From the NCBI RefSeq assembly GCF_006345805.1, contig NC_043001.1, forward strand, positions 58,280,001 through 58,344,000: DNA of 64,000 bases, in the 5' to 3' direction. Shown piece after piece: positions 25,518 through 39,379 of the stretch. Origin of the DNA: Octopus sinensis. Its lineage: Eukaryota. The translations under genes were made by a program, and so were the position numbers. The notes below the pieces were generated by a model. The model saw nothing but the letters and a program-made list of their open reading frames with translations, ran no database searches and was not told the origin of the DNA. Positions within the stretch are counted from its first letter, which is position 1. Each line of letters begins with the position of its first letter.

Positions 25518-28500
25518 AATAATAATAACAATAATATTAATTATAATGATACCATAATTAATCACAAGAGAAGCTATATATTCTCAAGTTAAATAACTCA
25601 CTATGATCGAGGACAATTCAGGATGAAAACTTCCGGATTATATACAAATGATTTAAAAAAGGAGAATCAAAAAAATCAAAAAAAAGCTTTCCCAAGCGGA
25701 GTATATAGCCACGAGATAAACTTGGAAAACCCATGAAGACAACGGGGAATTGGATCCAAAATGAAAGTGTTCTTCCCAGGTTTCTACTGCAATCTATGGT
25801 TCATGCTTTACTCGGATCATGTTTATTACAATACAAGAAATTAGCTAAGGAGCAACTTTTCCTTCAGCTGAAACATGAGGAAGTTAGTAAGGTCTTGAAG
25901 GAATGAAGAAGTGTTTGATTTCAGTCGTAAAATATCTACAAATCTTTTCCGCCACGGACACCCAAAGAAATATGGCAGGATTATCTCTACAATGGACGTA
26001 ACTGATAGACGAAATCAGCCTGCGCGTGATAGCAGATGTCCTGCATATCTCATCCTATGACCAATGTTTGTGTATCAGGTGAGGTGATGGAGAACGTTTC
26101 CGTTACACCATCCGTATTTTGGAAGGTCTCGGCTGACGACACGTCCAAAGTTTACCTGCAGCAACCAATACTTCTCAGTTACATTATGATGCCATAGATG
26201 CCAATTTATGGGTCCAATGAAAACCCTCTGGATTGGGCCAGCCATTTGATGTTCATTGACATCCGGTGTTTCCTCGAGAAGTTCATCACTTTTACCTGCT
26301 ATTAATACTTTACAAAATGTCAACACAATAGTTTTACCCCATTGCCCAAAAGGTTTAGTATTGTGTGATCTTCATGGCATTCCATATGGGATGCCCTTTC
26401 CTCGTTTTTTTTTTCGGCTCTGACGAAATGTGAATTGTGGTAAATACGTATGAGAATGATTATATATGGTATTCACAGTCTGTATATGCAGCGCATGATG
26501 ATACGCTATCCCACAGGAGCGAAACATCACAGAGTGATAATGTCCTGTTGAGAACTAAACACATATCCGAGATGCATATATAAATTTTTATCCCAAAAAG
26601 CAGCTCATCAATTTCTTTCAATGGCTTTCATTTGATCATAAGCTTAGGCTGAATTTTGAATCAACGAGGTTTAGATCCATATGTAAGCGAATATTCAATA
26701 TAATCTATATAGCATGGTGTGAGGACATGATGTTGCTTGTATCAGTATCTAAAATGAAAGAAAATACATAAACGGTCAGACCATAACAAACAGAATATAA
26801 CTCATCAAGTATCAACCCAGAGGTTTTTCAGTGTTTTGGTGCATATGAAACGAAACCAGCGCTCTGGCGTCAACAAGTATCGCATACCGTCATTAGGAAA
26901 CTGATACAGTGGAAACGAATAAGAAAAGACTGGAAGTATATAAATATACAGTAAATTCTTAGCGACCAGGGGAGAGAAAACACAAAATCAGGATATGGAT
27001 AAGTTTTAGTATTTGGACAGAACAAAAATAGCATTTTAAAATAAAAATAAAACAAAACATACGCCAGTAGTACGATAAATAATTTGCAAAAAGGAAAAGT
27101 GAGAAAGTGAACGAGTGTTCGGAAATTACCTTGAAGTATGCATAAAAAAAGAAAAATTGCCTTGTTCACTAAGCCAATTAAAATGAGGAAGTTCAGAGGC
27201 CAGAGCGTGAAAGCAGGTGGTAGTTTCCAGTGATGAGCTGAAGGGAAAGTATCCACAGAGATGACACTCTCAAATATATGATCGCCAAACAAGAAAAAAT
27301 GTAAGGTAAGAGAAAATGTGACAGAAAGATGAAGATAGATAGAAACGCAAACACTGAGTGGAAGGGGTCCCAAGATTAAAATGGGAGCAATTTGAACAAA
27401 CGAAGTGACAGGTAAAATAAAATTAACTTGTGTTGAGTTGGAAATGAGTGTGCATATGCATATGTGTGCGCGCGCATGCGAGTGCGTGTGAATACAAGGG
27501 GTTCGCCTGTGTGCATGTGTTGATGAGTGTCCGTATGTCTCGGCATGCATGCAAGAAAATTGCAATTTTTTTAACTGTTGACACTTAAGCATGATTTTTG
27601 AATATTGATAATATAGACGTTATCAGTTGAAAAACGTGTCGTACTTGGAGGTAGAATTAGCTACTATTTCTAGCCGTTCGAGGCTGGTCGATTCTTTGTT
27701 AGCTACTTGGCTGACTTTAAACCTATATTGGAGGTGATGTTGATGACATCGGAATAATGGTATTTATTTCTAATGTGTATGTCACTGCATGATTACAGTA
27801 TGCGACACTGGTCTGTTTTGTACATCAAATATGGACTTAATATAGCCCAACCTTCCCTAATACATTTCAAATATATGACTGCCAAACAAGAAAATAGCAA
27901 CAACAAAAAACATGATGTGGGGTTTCAAATAAGTTTTCATTTCTTACTCTTTCTATATTGTATTCCGTTTTTAGACTATGTAGAAATCATTTTGTTAGTC
28001 ATATCGCCGAATTTGTTTTCTGATGTCTGAACACACTTTTCCTGAATGTATATTGTATGTATATGTGTTTGTGTTCGTGCGTATGTTACTTTCTTCTTTA
28101 TCCAATAATCATAGATGACTAAATTGCATGTAAATACATAAATATTCTGTTTACCATAGACAGGCTCAATAATATATATTCGATGGTTATAAATATGTAT
28201 TCAAATACGATTCGCATATGTGCTTTTTGCGGTTGTAAACATTTTTAGATCTCATGAATAGACTTATTTTTGTGACTGTATTTTTCCGTGTAACGTTGTT
28301 GCATTGCATGTTTTTTTTTTATGATACTAGTTGAAGCTAACCCTTAAGATCAAAGAAAATAATATGATTGCTTTGATATTAACCCATATCCATTCTCTTC
28401 TTCCACCTCTCTCTCTCCATCTCCCCCTCCCTCTCCCCTCTCTCTCTCTTGCTCACGTGCATTAGTTACTTGATTATTTCTTTTATCCTCTTTCCATTTT

Positions 28501-30374
28501 CGATCTAGACCAAGCTTTCAGCGTTTATGTTTATTAAAGACCATCTGAAAGGGACGTGTACGTTACACAAAACTATGTATGGTCACTTCAACCTTTCTTC
28601 TTGCATTGTTCATCAGACTGTAGTGGTGATGATACGGGCAAGAAAAGATTTCTGTCCACCATCCATCCGTCCATTCTGAAATGCTCTAGAGCGTTGCACA
28701 AAATTGGCTTAATTTCGAAACTAAATAATAAAATAGCACACACTCACCACACTCACACTGAACTATAAATGAAAAAATATACAGAAAATTAATGATGGGG
28801 AACAGAATGGAAATTTTCAATGCTTCCGCCTTTTCTAAGGAAAATACAAATACATACTGATTTCTTTTTTGGTCTGAGTTTGTTATTTCTTTCTAGCTAT
28901 AATATCGTGCATCACCCAGCAGCTCTCTGGCAATACTGTTTCTTTTTATTGACATATTTCTTTTATTCTGATTTGTGTATGTGTCCTGAGAACTGTATTA
29001 TAAGATGAAAGCTCAGAAGATAATGGTTATATGAAAAGATAAAAAAAAAGGAAAATGTATTATCTGTTCACTATGAATTCTTTGATTATTCAATATTGGT
29101 GTGTAAGCTTTAGTAATATGAAAACAACAAAATATTAATAAAAATTCTGAAACGGAAAATTATGGAAAAAATAAAAAGCCCATAAAATTCAAGATGGTGA
29201 ATAAAACTACAAAATTCTATGTTTTCGTACACATTATTTCTTCAGTCTTAACATAAACACGTCCCATTTCTCACACTATTTGCAATTTTTTCCGAACAAA
29301 AGGAAGAAAAATACTCGTTTTCTTCTTTCCTTGGAATTTTGCCCTCTCACCAACTGTTCTTAGAGAAAATGTTTGCGAGATATTTAAAAGGCATTATATA
29401 ATTTTATGCCTTCCCCCTCTACCATGTGTCTTCTGTCTGTATGAATTTGTTTGAGTATCTTTGTATATATCGGTAGTCGTCTTCTCTATATCTACATCTC
29501 TAATCTTATTTCTCACTCACTCTTTGTTTCTCTCTCTTTATCTCCCTCTTTCACCCTAACGCTGACTCTCTATCTCATAATGTATGTATGCATGTATGTG
29601 AGTCTGCTGCTTGAGAGATAAATAGATAAATTGATAGATAGAAAGTTCGATGCAAATTTTTATATATATCTGCCCATCTATGTATCGATCTATCTTACCA
29701 TATTTTTATTTACATTTTCGTATCTGATTCTAATTTTCATGATAATTTCTATTCCGTATCCCTTTTCAGCTTTTCTACTCACGTCTATATTTCCCCTATC
29801 CTCCATTCTTTCTTTTCTTCCGATCATTTATCTCTAGCATAGCCATATATTCTCACATTCTTTGCTGTGTCTTCACCACCAAAACTTTCATTTTCCATTC
29901 ACACACTCTCTAACACCCTCACTCTAAACCATATTTTCTCTGTAATTTTTGTACATTTCCTCTCTCTCCTTTCTGTCAGTTATATTCTATGGATGTCTTT
30001 ATTTTACTTCGTTTTCCTACCTCACTGGTTTCATATCTCACTTCTTCCTTCTCTTAGATATGTTTCTTCATTCCACTCATTTGTCTATAGAGTCAACTTG
30101 CTTGAGCTCATAGATAACTCTGTGTGTGTGTGTGTGTTTAGCTTATTTATAAATATGCGTGCGAGGAAGTGTGATTGTTCGTGTCCTTGATATAGGGAAC
30201 CCCGCAAAACTGATATTTTCACCTTTAGAAGATGATACGATTCCTATAGTTTCAGGCGAACAGCTTATTTACAATTGCAAATTAAAGAATATTATTTCGA
30301 TTTTTGTTCGTTTGTTTAACTTTTGTTTGAAACGACTTGAATTTTTTCTCTCCGGTATAATGATTTTCTGAGTG

Positions 30375-30725
30375 CAGCGAGCTGGCAGAATCGTTAGCAT
30401 GCCGGGTGAATTGCTTAGTGGCATTTCGTCTGCCGCTACGTTCTGAGTTCAAATTCCGCCGTGGTCGACTTTGCCTTTCATCCTTTTGTGGTCGATAAAT
30501 TATGTACCAGTTACGCTCTGGGGTCGATGTAATCGACTTAATCCGTTTGTCTGTCCTTGTTTGTCCCCTCTTTGTTCAGCTCCTTGTGGGTAGTAAAAAA
30601 TAGGTATTTCATCTGCCTTTACGTTCTGAGTTCAAATTACGCCGAGGTCGGCTTTGCATTTCATCCATTCAGGGTCGATTAAATAATTACGCACTGGTGT
30701 TGATGGAATCAACTTTCCCCTGAAA
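30375..30725 (+). mobile_element. SINE family 1 with tandem repeat of its 3' body
   Basis: ATTTCGTCTGCC-type unit starts at 30423 and 30606. Confidence 0.85.
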
Positions 30726-31614
30726 TCGCTGGCATTGTGTGAACATTTGAAACCTATTTAAACTTCTCTAATTAATATATGTCATACTACATTTTATCAA
30801 CATAGTACGTTTACCAAAAATCTTTATTTTTCTGGCAACTTCTTAAGTCGAGCGTAAAATTCTATTAGAGAACTTAGAGATTTGCTGCCAATCTAATGTT
30901 TTCATAAACATCTTTCTTTAAATTGTTTTGCTAGATGTCCTCACTCAATTACTAAGTAATTATAGTTAATTATTGCTTGCTGTTACATGTGATTATGCCG
31001 CCTAAGAAATGGAAAGTCTTCTGCCGCAAAAGAATCGGAGGATACAGAGTAGCTAAAAGAGATGAGCGTAATACTTGGTATCAAAGACAAATAAATTACA
31101 GTACTCAAAGACCGGAAAATATTTTGGGAAACTCTACTGCTAGCCACAAAAAGATATAGAGAAATTTGGGCTACTCAAATACAACACGAACATTCTGAAC
31201 AATGGAAAAGAAGACTTCAATTGCAAGAATTTATTTATAGACAACAAAACGCAGAAGAGCAACATGATATAAGACTTAAAACCCAAATAATATGACAAGC
31301 TCAACCACGAAGTGAAGCCGTTTACGATCTTGATTGGAATTTAAATATAATCATGCAGCTGAAACGTTAGTTATTATGAAGTGAATGTGTAAAGTATCTG
31401 AAAAAGTGGGATAGCTAATTACTCGTAATGGTGCATAGCAATACAAAAGTTAGATTAACCGTGTTTCCGTTACTTGAAGAATCACTGAAAACTCAACCAG
31501 TATGCATAACATCTAAATCTAAACATTAATTACGACATACTCATGCTAATACTCTGCATTTCGGGATAACTAATTTGTAGTTATAACGGTAGTTGTGGAA
31601 GAGTTGTGGAAGTC

Positions 31615-32220
31615 GGTGAGCTGGCAGGAACGTTAGCAAGCCAGGTGAAATGCAGCGAGCTGGCAGAAGCGTTAGAACGCCGGCCTAAATACCTAGCAGG
31701 ATTTCGTCTGCCGTTACGTTCTGAGTTCAAATTCCGCCAAGGTCGACTTTCGGGGTCGATTAAATAAGTACCAGTTACGCACTGGGGTCGATTTAATCGA
31801 CTTAATCCATTTGTCTGTCCTTGTTTGTCCTCTCGGTGTTTAGCCTCTTGTGGGTAGTAAAGAAATAGGTATTTCGTCTGCCGCTACGTTCTGAGTTAAA
31901 ATTCTGCAGAGGTCGACTTTGCCTTTTATCCTTTCGGGGTCGATTAAAATAAGTACCAGTAACGCACTGAGGTCGATGTAACCGACTTAATTCCTTTTGT
32001 CTGTCCTTGTGTATCCTCTCTGTGTTTAGCCCCTTGTGGGTAGTAAAGAAATAGGCATTTCGTCTGTCTTTACGTTCTGAGTTCAAATACTGCCGTAGTC
32101 GACTTTGCCTTTCATCCTTTCGGGGTCGATAAATTAAGCACTAGTAGCGTACTGCAGTCAATCTAATCGACTGGTCCCCGCCTCCAAAATTTCGGGCCTT
32201 GTCCCTAGAGTAGGAAAGAA
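31615..32220 (+). mobile_element. SINE family 1 multimer (duplicated head, three bodies)
   Basis: ATTTCGTCTG unit at about 31701, 31870 and 32057. Confidence 0.85.
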
Positions 32221-32960
32221 TATTAGTAGTGAAAAAAGACACATCTAAATTCCGAAACAAATATATCACAGAATATGTTACAACAATCACCTCACGAAGA
32301 ACGGATGTGTCTTCTTTAGTAACTTTTTAAAGATCTGTGTCATCTATTACATATTGATACAACAGTTAAGCAGCAGCAGGTTTGAAGCTAGTAGTTGAAA
32401 TCTATTATTCAGATATTTGTGTTCAAATTTATAAATATTCTCCAGCATATATACCTGCTATAGAACACATCATAATTAATTCTTACAAAATGCCTGTTAT
32501 TGAATATATAGAATGATATTATTGCCATATATATACCTTGATAATACACATTCCTCTATAGGATACCACATATATATATAATTTATTGAGACAAAATAAG
32601 GTATTTGCTCAATTTCATTTGACTAAACAATAAAATTAACGGTAACCAATTCGGTTGTGATATCTCAGTGCGCCATACAAATTTTGACAGCAGCACACTC
32701 CACTGCACCATTTTTGACAGGCTCCAAGAATATCTTATCCCAAGTAAAATAACAAATAACAAATTCATGCAAATTGGACACTGGTATAAAAACCAAATTT
32801 CGATGTCTTTTTCAGTGCAAGGAACAAGGAGTTCTTAATATAATTATTTCTTATGAACTTCATAACACAAAAAGCGCTTCATGTTTACTCTTTTATAAAC
32901 TGTATATACATATACCTATACACATATATACATATACATACACACAGATATATGCACACA

Positions 32961-33004
<44 letters not shown>

Positions 33005-33084
33005 TATACATATTTATGTATTTACCTTGACATATCTACAGTATATATATATACATACGTAATCACACACACACACACACGTAC

Positions 33085-33169
<85 letters not shown>

Positions 33170-33247
33170 CGTATATATATATGTGTAAGCCTGTTCAAAT
33201 CAGAAAATGACGAAAATGGATAAACAACTTACGCACAGATGTTTTAA

Positions 33248-33442
33248 TTTAAAGATATTCAAATTCATACATAGAAACTCCTACCTACATTTGTTTCCAT
33301 GATAAATTCATTAATTTCAGAAATAAAATTCCATATATAATCAATTTACTGAATATGGAATTTTAATTCTGAAATTCAAGATTTGTGTATTGAAACAGCT
33401 GTAGGTAGGAGTTTATATGTACACATATGAATATCTTTAAAT
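33248..33442. repeat. Imperfect ~195 bp palindrome
   Basis: TTTAAAGATATTCA...AAACTCCTACCTACA...AATTTCAGAA..AAAATTCCATAT mirrored by ATATGGAATTTT..TTCTGAAATT...TGTAGGTAGGAGTTT...TGAATATCTTTAAA. Confidence 0.7.
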
Positions 33443-33646
33443 ATAAACATACGTACGTAAATTTGAATGCATTTTCTTCATTTTCTTATTTAAAAAGGTT
33501 TATTTAAATGCCTATACGTTTCGGTGATAAACTCCTATACTTTGTTTTCTCTGAACGCTCGGATAAACCGGCGAACTAGAATGCTCGCATCCCTTAAGGG
33601 GCTTTAGTTCCTTGATTAATTAAATGAAATTATATATATATATATA

Positions 33647-34159
33647 CTAGCAGTATCGCCCGGCCTTGCTCGGGTTTGTAAGGGAAATAACTATATAAGC
33701 ATTTTTAGAGAGTTACTTCCCTTATAGATGCCAATTCGGGCTTTCTTAGCCATTTCTGCTTTGGTGTCTTCAAGTCATGAAGTCGTTGTTCTAAAAGAAC
33801 GCTGGTCTCCTTGACAACGCTTTACGACGTTGATTTCCTTACACTCCCTTCCCCACAGCTTCACGAGGGAGGGAAGAAGGGGGAGAAACAAACAGGTGCA
33901 GGTGTGACCATGGACGCCAACTCCGCCGCCATCGACACACGAAAAATTATGCATTAAAATGGAATAAAAAATGATGTTAAATTATTTTAAAAATCGTAGA
34001 CTCATCGTAGACGCGCGCTAGTACTCAGACGGGCTCGATATAAATCACGACTATAAGATACCCGCTTTTGGTTAAACTGCACAGCAAAATGTGGGAGTAG
34101 TTAGGAATCTAAATCGAAGGGGACAGACACTCACACAACTACAGTTTTATACATATAGA
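33647..34159 (-). mobile_element. Non-autonomous Helitron
   Basis: Minus strand starts A|TCTATAT and ends CCCGAGCAAGGCCGGG hairpin, 8 nt, CTAG|T: canonical Helitron termini and AT target. Confidence 0.75.
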
Positions 34160-34180
34160 TATATATATATATATATATAC

Positions 34181-34270
34181 TTTATTTAAAGCAGCAGAAA
34201 ATTCGACAAAACCTGTTACTCTGAGTTTCCCGTTGCCGTTCATCGGACAGTTTTTGCTGCTTTAAATAAA
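34181..34270 (-). ncRNA. Type I hammerhead-like motif with long stem I extension (two core mismatches)
   Basis: Minus strand CUGU CCGAUGA ACG GCAA CGG GAAAC UCAGA GUA ACAG (34250-34213), enclosed by a ~20 bp inverted repeat TTTATTTAAAGCAGCAGAAA / TTTTTGCTGCTTTAAATAAA. Confidence 0.6.
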
Positions 34271-34373
34271 ACATATTACTCTACCACTGGTATTTGAGTA
34301 CTCTTTTTTTCTATCTTATTTATTCCGGTATATATATATATATATATGTAATAAATCAATAAATAAAATAAAA

Positions 34374-35036
34374 CTTAGAAATGGATGCGTGCATTCCGTC
34401 ATATAAAATTAATAAAATAAAACATATGCATATATACATACATATATGTACGTACCTACCTCTACATGTATATATACATGCATATATGGGTACAGGACAC
34501 CAAAAAACGTCGGACACAATGAGAAACGGAAACATAAACACAAAACCAAGGAAATGGACATTTTTCTTAAACAACGAAAAAATAGAGTACAGGACATACA
34601 ATACAAGGAAAATTCCCCTTCTTCAGTCGCCTTTGTTTCATCTACTCCGCGTTTCGAAGGTCAAGGAAAGACACGACGTTAATGAAACATTCATTCCCGC
34701 GAAAAGCAAATTAAATAAGATTTGAGATTTTTTTGCGGAGGGCTAAAAATGGTAACAAAAACAGGACAGTAAATACAGTACAAAATATAAACAGTAAAAG
34801 ACAGGACAAGGAGAATAATAGTAAGACAGACAAGAAGGGCTGTTAAGTCAAACGAGATAAAATATTACAAACGCTATTTTTGAGAACGGCGAAGAAAGCC
34901 ACAGAAAGAAGCCAGGTCAGAAAGGGAGTAGCAGAGCTCTCGTCGCAGGTCAACGACAGGAGCGAGGAGGAGGAGCAAGAGAAAAGGGGAGAAAAAAGGG
35001 AGTGGTTATAGAGAAAACCAGAAAGAATGAAGAATG

Positions 35037-35068
<32 letters not shown>

Positions 35069-35503
35069 ATACAGTAAGTAGAAGAAAAGGAAACCCGAAA
35101 GAATGAAGGCTGAGAAAGAGAGGGGGATAGAAAGGTTAAGAGTGCGCATCATTATTAATATTAAGAACAATCTTACTTAGAAATGGATGCGTGCGTTCCG
35201 TCATATAAAATTAATAAATAAAATAAAACATATGCATATATACATACATACATGTACGTACCTACCTCTACATGTATATATACATGAATATATGGGTACA
35301 GGACACCCCCCAAAAAAACGTCGAACACAATGAGAAACGAAAACATAAACACGAAACTAAGGAAATGGACATTTTTTTTAAACAACGAAAAAATAGAGTA
35401 CAGGACATACAATATAAGGAAAATTCCCCTTCTTCAGTCGCCTTTGTTTCATCTACTCCGCGTTTCGAAGTTCAAGGCGAGACACGGTTTTAATGAAACA
35501 TTC
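34374..35503. mobile_element. Non-coding element with ~320 bp terminal direct repeats (34374-34692 and 35176-35503)
   Basis: Two near-identical repeats around a ~480 bp purine-rich spacer; no TG..CA ends, no ORF; repeats contain ACGCGTTTCG-like and CTTCAG motifs typical of Penelope pseudo-LTRs. Confidence 0.7.
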
Positions 35504-36463
35504 CGTATATATATATGTATACACACACACGTATATGCCTGTGTGTATATAGATCGGGTAAGAGCACTGAGGCGAGGAGTATAGATTTTTCCATTAATTT
35601 AAATCTGTTACATAACAGTTATATAACTGATATTACAGAACCCTCACACACTTGTAAAATACTCATATAAATATATATGTACACAGCATTATATAAATGT
35701 GTTATAATCGAACTAAGAGGCTAAACTTCAAAGCTCTTAGTGGTGGGTTATTACTTCAGCTATTCTGCCGATAGCAAGCAGGCTCATTATATATCACAGA
35801 CAAATGTATTCGGCAGATTGCGGTATATGGCATGCTTTAAGAAGGCAATAACCGTAAATCAATAGAAATTAAGAGCAAAAAAACTAAACCATCAAAAGAT
35901 CAGAAATATATTAAAAAGTACATAACGTAAAATAAGGGAAATAGATTTGGTTCGCCATAGGATATTATTTAAATGAAGAAACCAGATGGTACAGTAGAAA
36001 ATGAGGTAACTAAATAAGCAAACAAATAAATAGAAAACAAATAAGGTTTAGAAGACAAATAAGAGGGCTTTTGAGGTTGAAATTTGAACCACTACTGATT
36101 TCGAAGGATAGACGTGCTATTCCAAACCATAAATATATCTGTATACACACATATACACTAACATGAATATTTACATTCAATTACATACACATGGATTCAC
36201 ATACATGCGACACGCAAACACTGACAACAAAGTACTAATTTTATAAATGCTAAAATGTCAACAATTAGTTGAACTTGTAGAAAAACCGCATCCGGTCGGT
36301 TTTCTGTTCCAGTATGTGTTGCACATAGTGATATTATACATACATATATATATATATATAAGGGTAAATAATTAATAGCTTAAAAAACAACAACAATTAT
36401 TTACGGGTAGATTTCGGTATGTAAATATAACCATTATCGGTACGAACATTAAAAAAAAAGTTT

Positions 36464-36900
36464 TATACATATTTGTATATAAATAAAAAGGGGCAGGCAA
36501 CAGGTTGCTTAGCCACATACCGAAAAATAAGAAATACCAGTCAAAGACTGTATACTTTTGTATTCTACAAATAAGACTCCACATATTCATGTAATTCACA
36601 TATGTAAAACAGAAAGAAAAAATGACGAAAGCAAAGTCTAGGGTTACTTACGGACGCGTTTCTGAATTAGAATTATAAATTCATATCCTTTATCAACGTA
36701 ACTCTCCACTCGGATAGATTCCTGAAATGCTATACATACCTCCCTTTCCCGAACCAGCGTCGTCGGAATAGTGGAAGATAGCTGTTTTACATATGAGAAT
36801 TACATGAATATGTTATGTAGAGTCTTATTTGTAGAAAATAGAAATAAACAGTCTTTGACTGCTATTACTGCTTTTTATTTATATACAAATATGTATACAT
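36464..36900. repeat. Inverted repeat pair (36464-36611 and 36781-36900)
   Basis: ATACATATTTGTATATAAATAAAAAG...CAGTCAAAGACTG...TTCTACAAATAAGACTC..CATATTCATGTAATT..CATATGTAAAACAG is found reverse-complemented. Confidence 0.75.
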
Positions 36901-36985
36901 CTATCTATCTATCTATCTATCTATCTATTTATCTATCTGTCTATCTATCTCTATATATATATACTTTATAAAAATAGGGTAAAGT

Positions 36986-37739
36986 AAAATAATTTACTTT
37001 ACCACACACCGAGCTTTTTAGAAATAGCAGCCAAAAATTTGGCTATTTCTTCTACTGCAAGAAAAAGTATCCCAGACAATGCATACTCAGAAATAACTCT
37101 CATAGGTATAAGGGAAAAACAACGAAAGATCACATCCATAGAAGATACCCGAGGACAGCCTGTTTCTGGATTAGTGGATTAAACGCCAACATTTCCTTCA
37201 TCAGCTCAGAGATTTCTTCTGATTTAGATTTGAAAGTACTAAGAATCAAACATACCCGTCCGATATATGTAACACCGGACAAACCATGCCAGACCACCAA
37301 TACAAATGAGATCTAGTATTCTCCCTGTCCACCCACGTGAGTCACAGAGTAGTGCATTCCTACAGAGGCAAAACTGTAGTTCAACTTCTTGGGGAGAAAG
37401 CATTATATTGTCAATAAAAAGGGTAGAATTAATTAATTATTAATCAATTCGACCGAGCAGTGTTCGGCATATAAGGTTTGTCCGGTGTTACATATATCGG
37501 ACGGGTATGTTTGATTCTTAGTACTTTCAAATCTAAATCAGAAGAAATCTCTGAGCTGATAAAGGAAATGTTGGCGTTTAATACACTAATCCAGAAAAAG
37601 GCTGTCCTCGGGTATCCTATATGGATGTGATCTTTCCCTTATACCTATTTCTGGGAGACTTTTTCTTGCAGTAGAAGAAATAGCCAAATTTTTGGCTGCT
37701 ATTTCTAAAAAGCTCGGTGTGTGGTAAAGTAAATTATTT

Positions 37740-37740
<1 letters not shown>
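36986..37740. mobile_element. Foldback/MITE-like element with long inverted arms (36986-37285 and 37475-37740)
   Basis: Arms start AAAATAATTTACTTTACCACACACCGAGC and match in reverse complement apart from a few indels; ~190 bp spacer. Confidence 0.8.
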
Positions 37741-37925
<185 letters not shown>

Positions 37926-38848
37926 ACATAAATTACAGTGTAAATTGACAGTATGCTCATCAGTTCAACAAAGGCTATTATAATTTATTCTGTAATCAGC
38001 AACATAATCCATGATACGTTTACAACGATGAATAGGTGAGTTCTGCAATATCGTTGTTTCGTTATATTCAATTAAGGGTTGCTAGTGTCCCTTCCCTAGC
38101 AATTAAAAAGAAATTTGAATACATTTCAATTAAAAGAGAGTAATGAATGTCTCACATCACTGTAGAAATTTTTTGCAGACACAACTGTCAGCAAATGGAC
38201 CCGTTTCATTTATCTCGGTTAATTAATATCTATAAATTTGAAATGCGAAAGTTTGTTTGTTTGTGTGGTTTTGGCATTGGAATGGGTTAGAGGGCACTAG
38301 ATCCCGTCGGATTGACTCTAAAATTTACAGGGACATGTAAAATGAGGTGAGGATGTGAGTGCGCTAGGGTAGAAATCCCTATCTTAAAAGGTCTGGTTAC
38401 TAGGGAAAAAAACGCTCATTTCGACATGTCTTCACTCATTCTCTTATCTGCCTGTCTTCTTCCGTCTCTCTCTCCTTCCTCCCTTCCTTTCATTTTGTGT
38501 CTATAACGTCGTTTGACAGCGTCAACTATCTTTCCCCCGCCATTTTCACTCTTTTCTCCCACATCCAATCTCTCTCTCTCTCTACGTCTGTCTGCATTCA
38601 CAGAGAGAATTATTATCGCCACTACTACAACAACACAATCATGAGAACAAATATTATGAATCAGATATTTATTGGGTTAATTTATATGTGTGTGTGTTCT
38701 ATATATAAATATTTGTATATAATGTATATATACAGAGTGTATATATCTGTATTTAAATATATACATAATAAATATATATAATTTGTATACATTTGTATTT
38801 ATATAATGCGTATATATGTACATATAAATATTTAATGCGTATAATCCT

Positions 38849-38904
<56 letters not shown>

Positions 38905-38924
38905 GTATAATGTGTGCATTATGT

Positions 38925-39378
38925 GGTAGGTTGAGCTGAAAATATGCACACCTATGTTAAAAGTGCTGGCGAGTTTGCAGGGCAACTATTTTTTGAATGA
39001 AATCGGCTTATATTAACGAAACAAGTAAAACAATGAAAAAACTATGCCATTTTAATCCCAAGTAAGGTCGGGTATCTCTGTAGGTCTACTAAATATTTGT
39101 GAAATGGCCAGACGTTGTCTCACAAGCAGTTATACAGGCAAAAGTGTTAGTAAATATGGTAAGATTCAGTTGAAAATTTGTACACCTATGTTAAAAGTCC
39201 TGGCAAGTTTGTGTGGTAACTCTGAGTTTGCTCAATTGAAAGGTATGGCCTCTAGGGCAAAGTTCGTCATCTTTAAAGTATGGCCCGCGTAGACCCGAAT
39301 AAAATCGAGTAATAAAACCGAAACAAATAAAACAATGATAAACTATTTTAATCCCGAGCAAGACCGGGTTTCTCTGCT
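38925..39378 (+). mobile_element. Two tandem short Helitron-like units
   Basis: GAAAAT..G.ACACCTATGTTAAAAGT.CTGGC repeated at about 38939 and 39172; each unit ends in a hairpin (CCCAAGTAAGGTCGGG, CCCGAGCAAGACCGGG) plus a CTAG-like end resembling the 33647 terminus. Confidence 0.6.
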
Positions 39379-39379
39379 A

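Noticed and set aside
26870-27592. 240-aa minus-strand ORF
   Set aside because: Hydrophobic F/L/I-rich translation from the complement of an A-rich strand, includes (TG)/(CA) repeats, no recognisable domain.
33505-33545. GAAACGUA motif on the minus strand and CUGAAGA at about 13003
   Set aside because: The other half of the hammerhead core is missing in each case.
34611-34666. Type II hammerhead in the 320 bp direct repeat
   Set aside because: Core-like words are present but no stem I pairing could be found.
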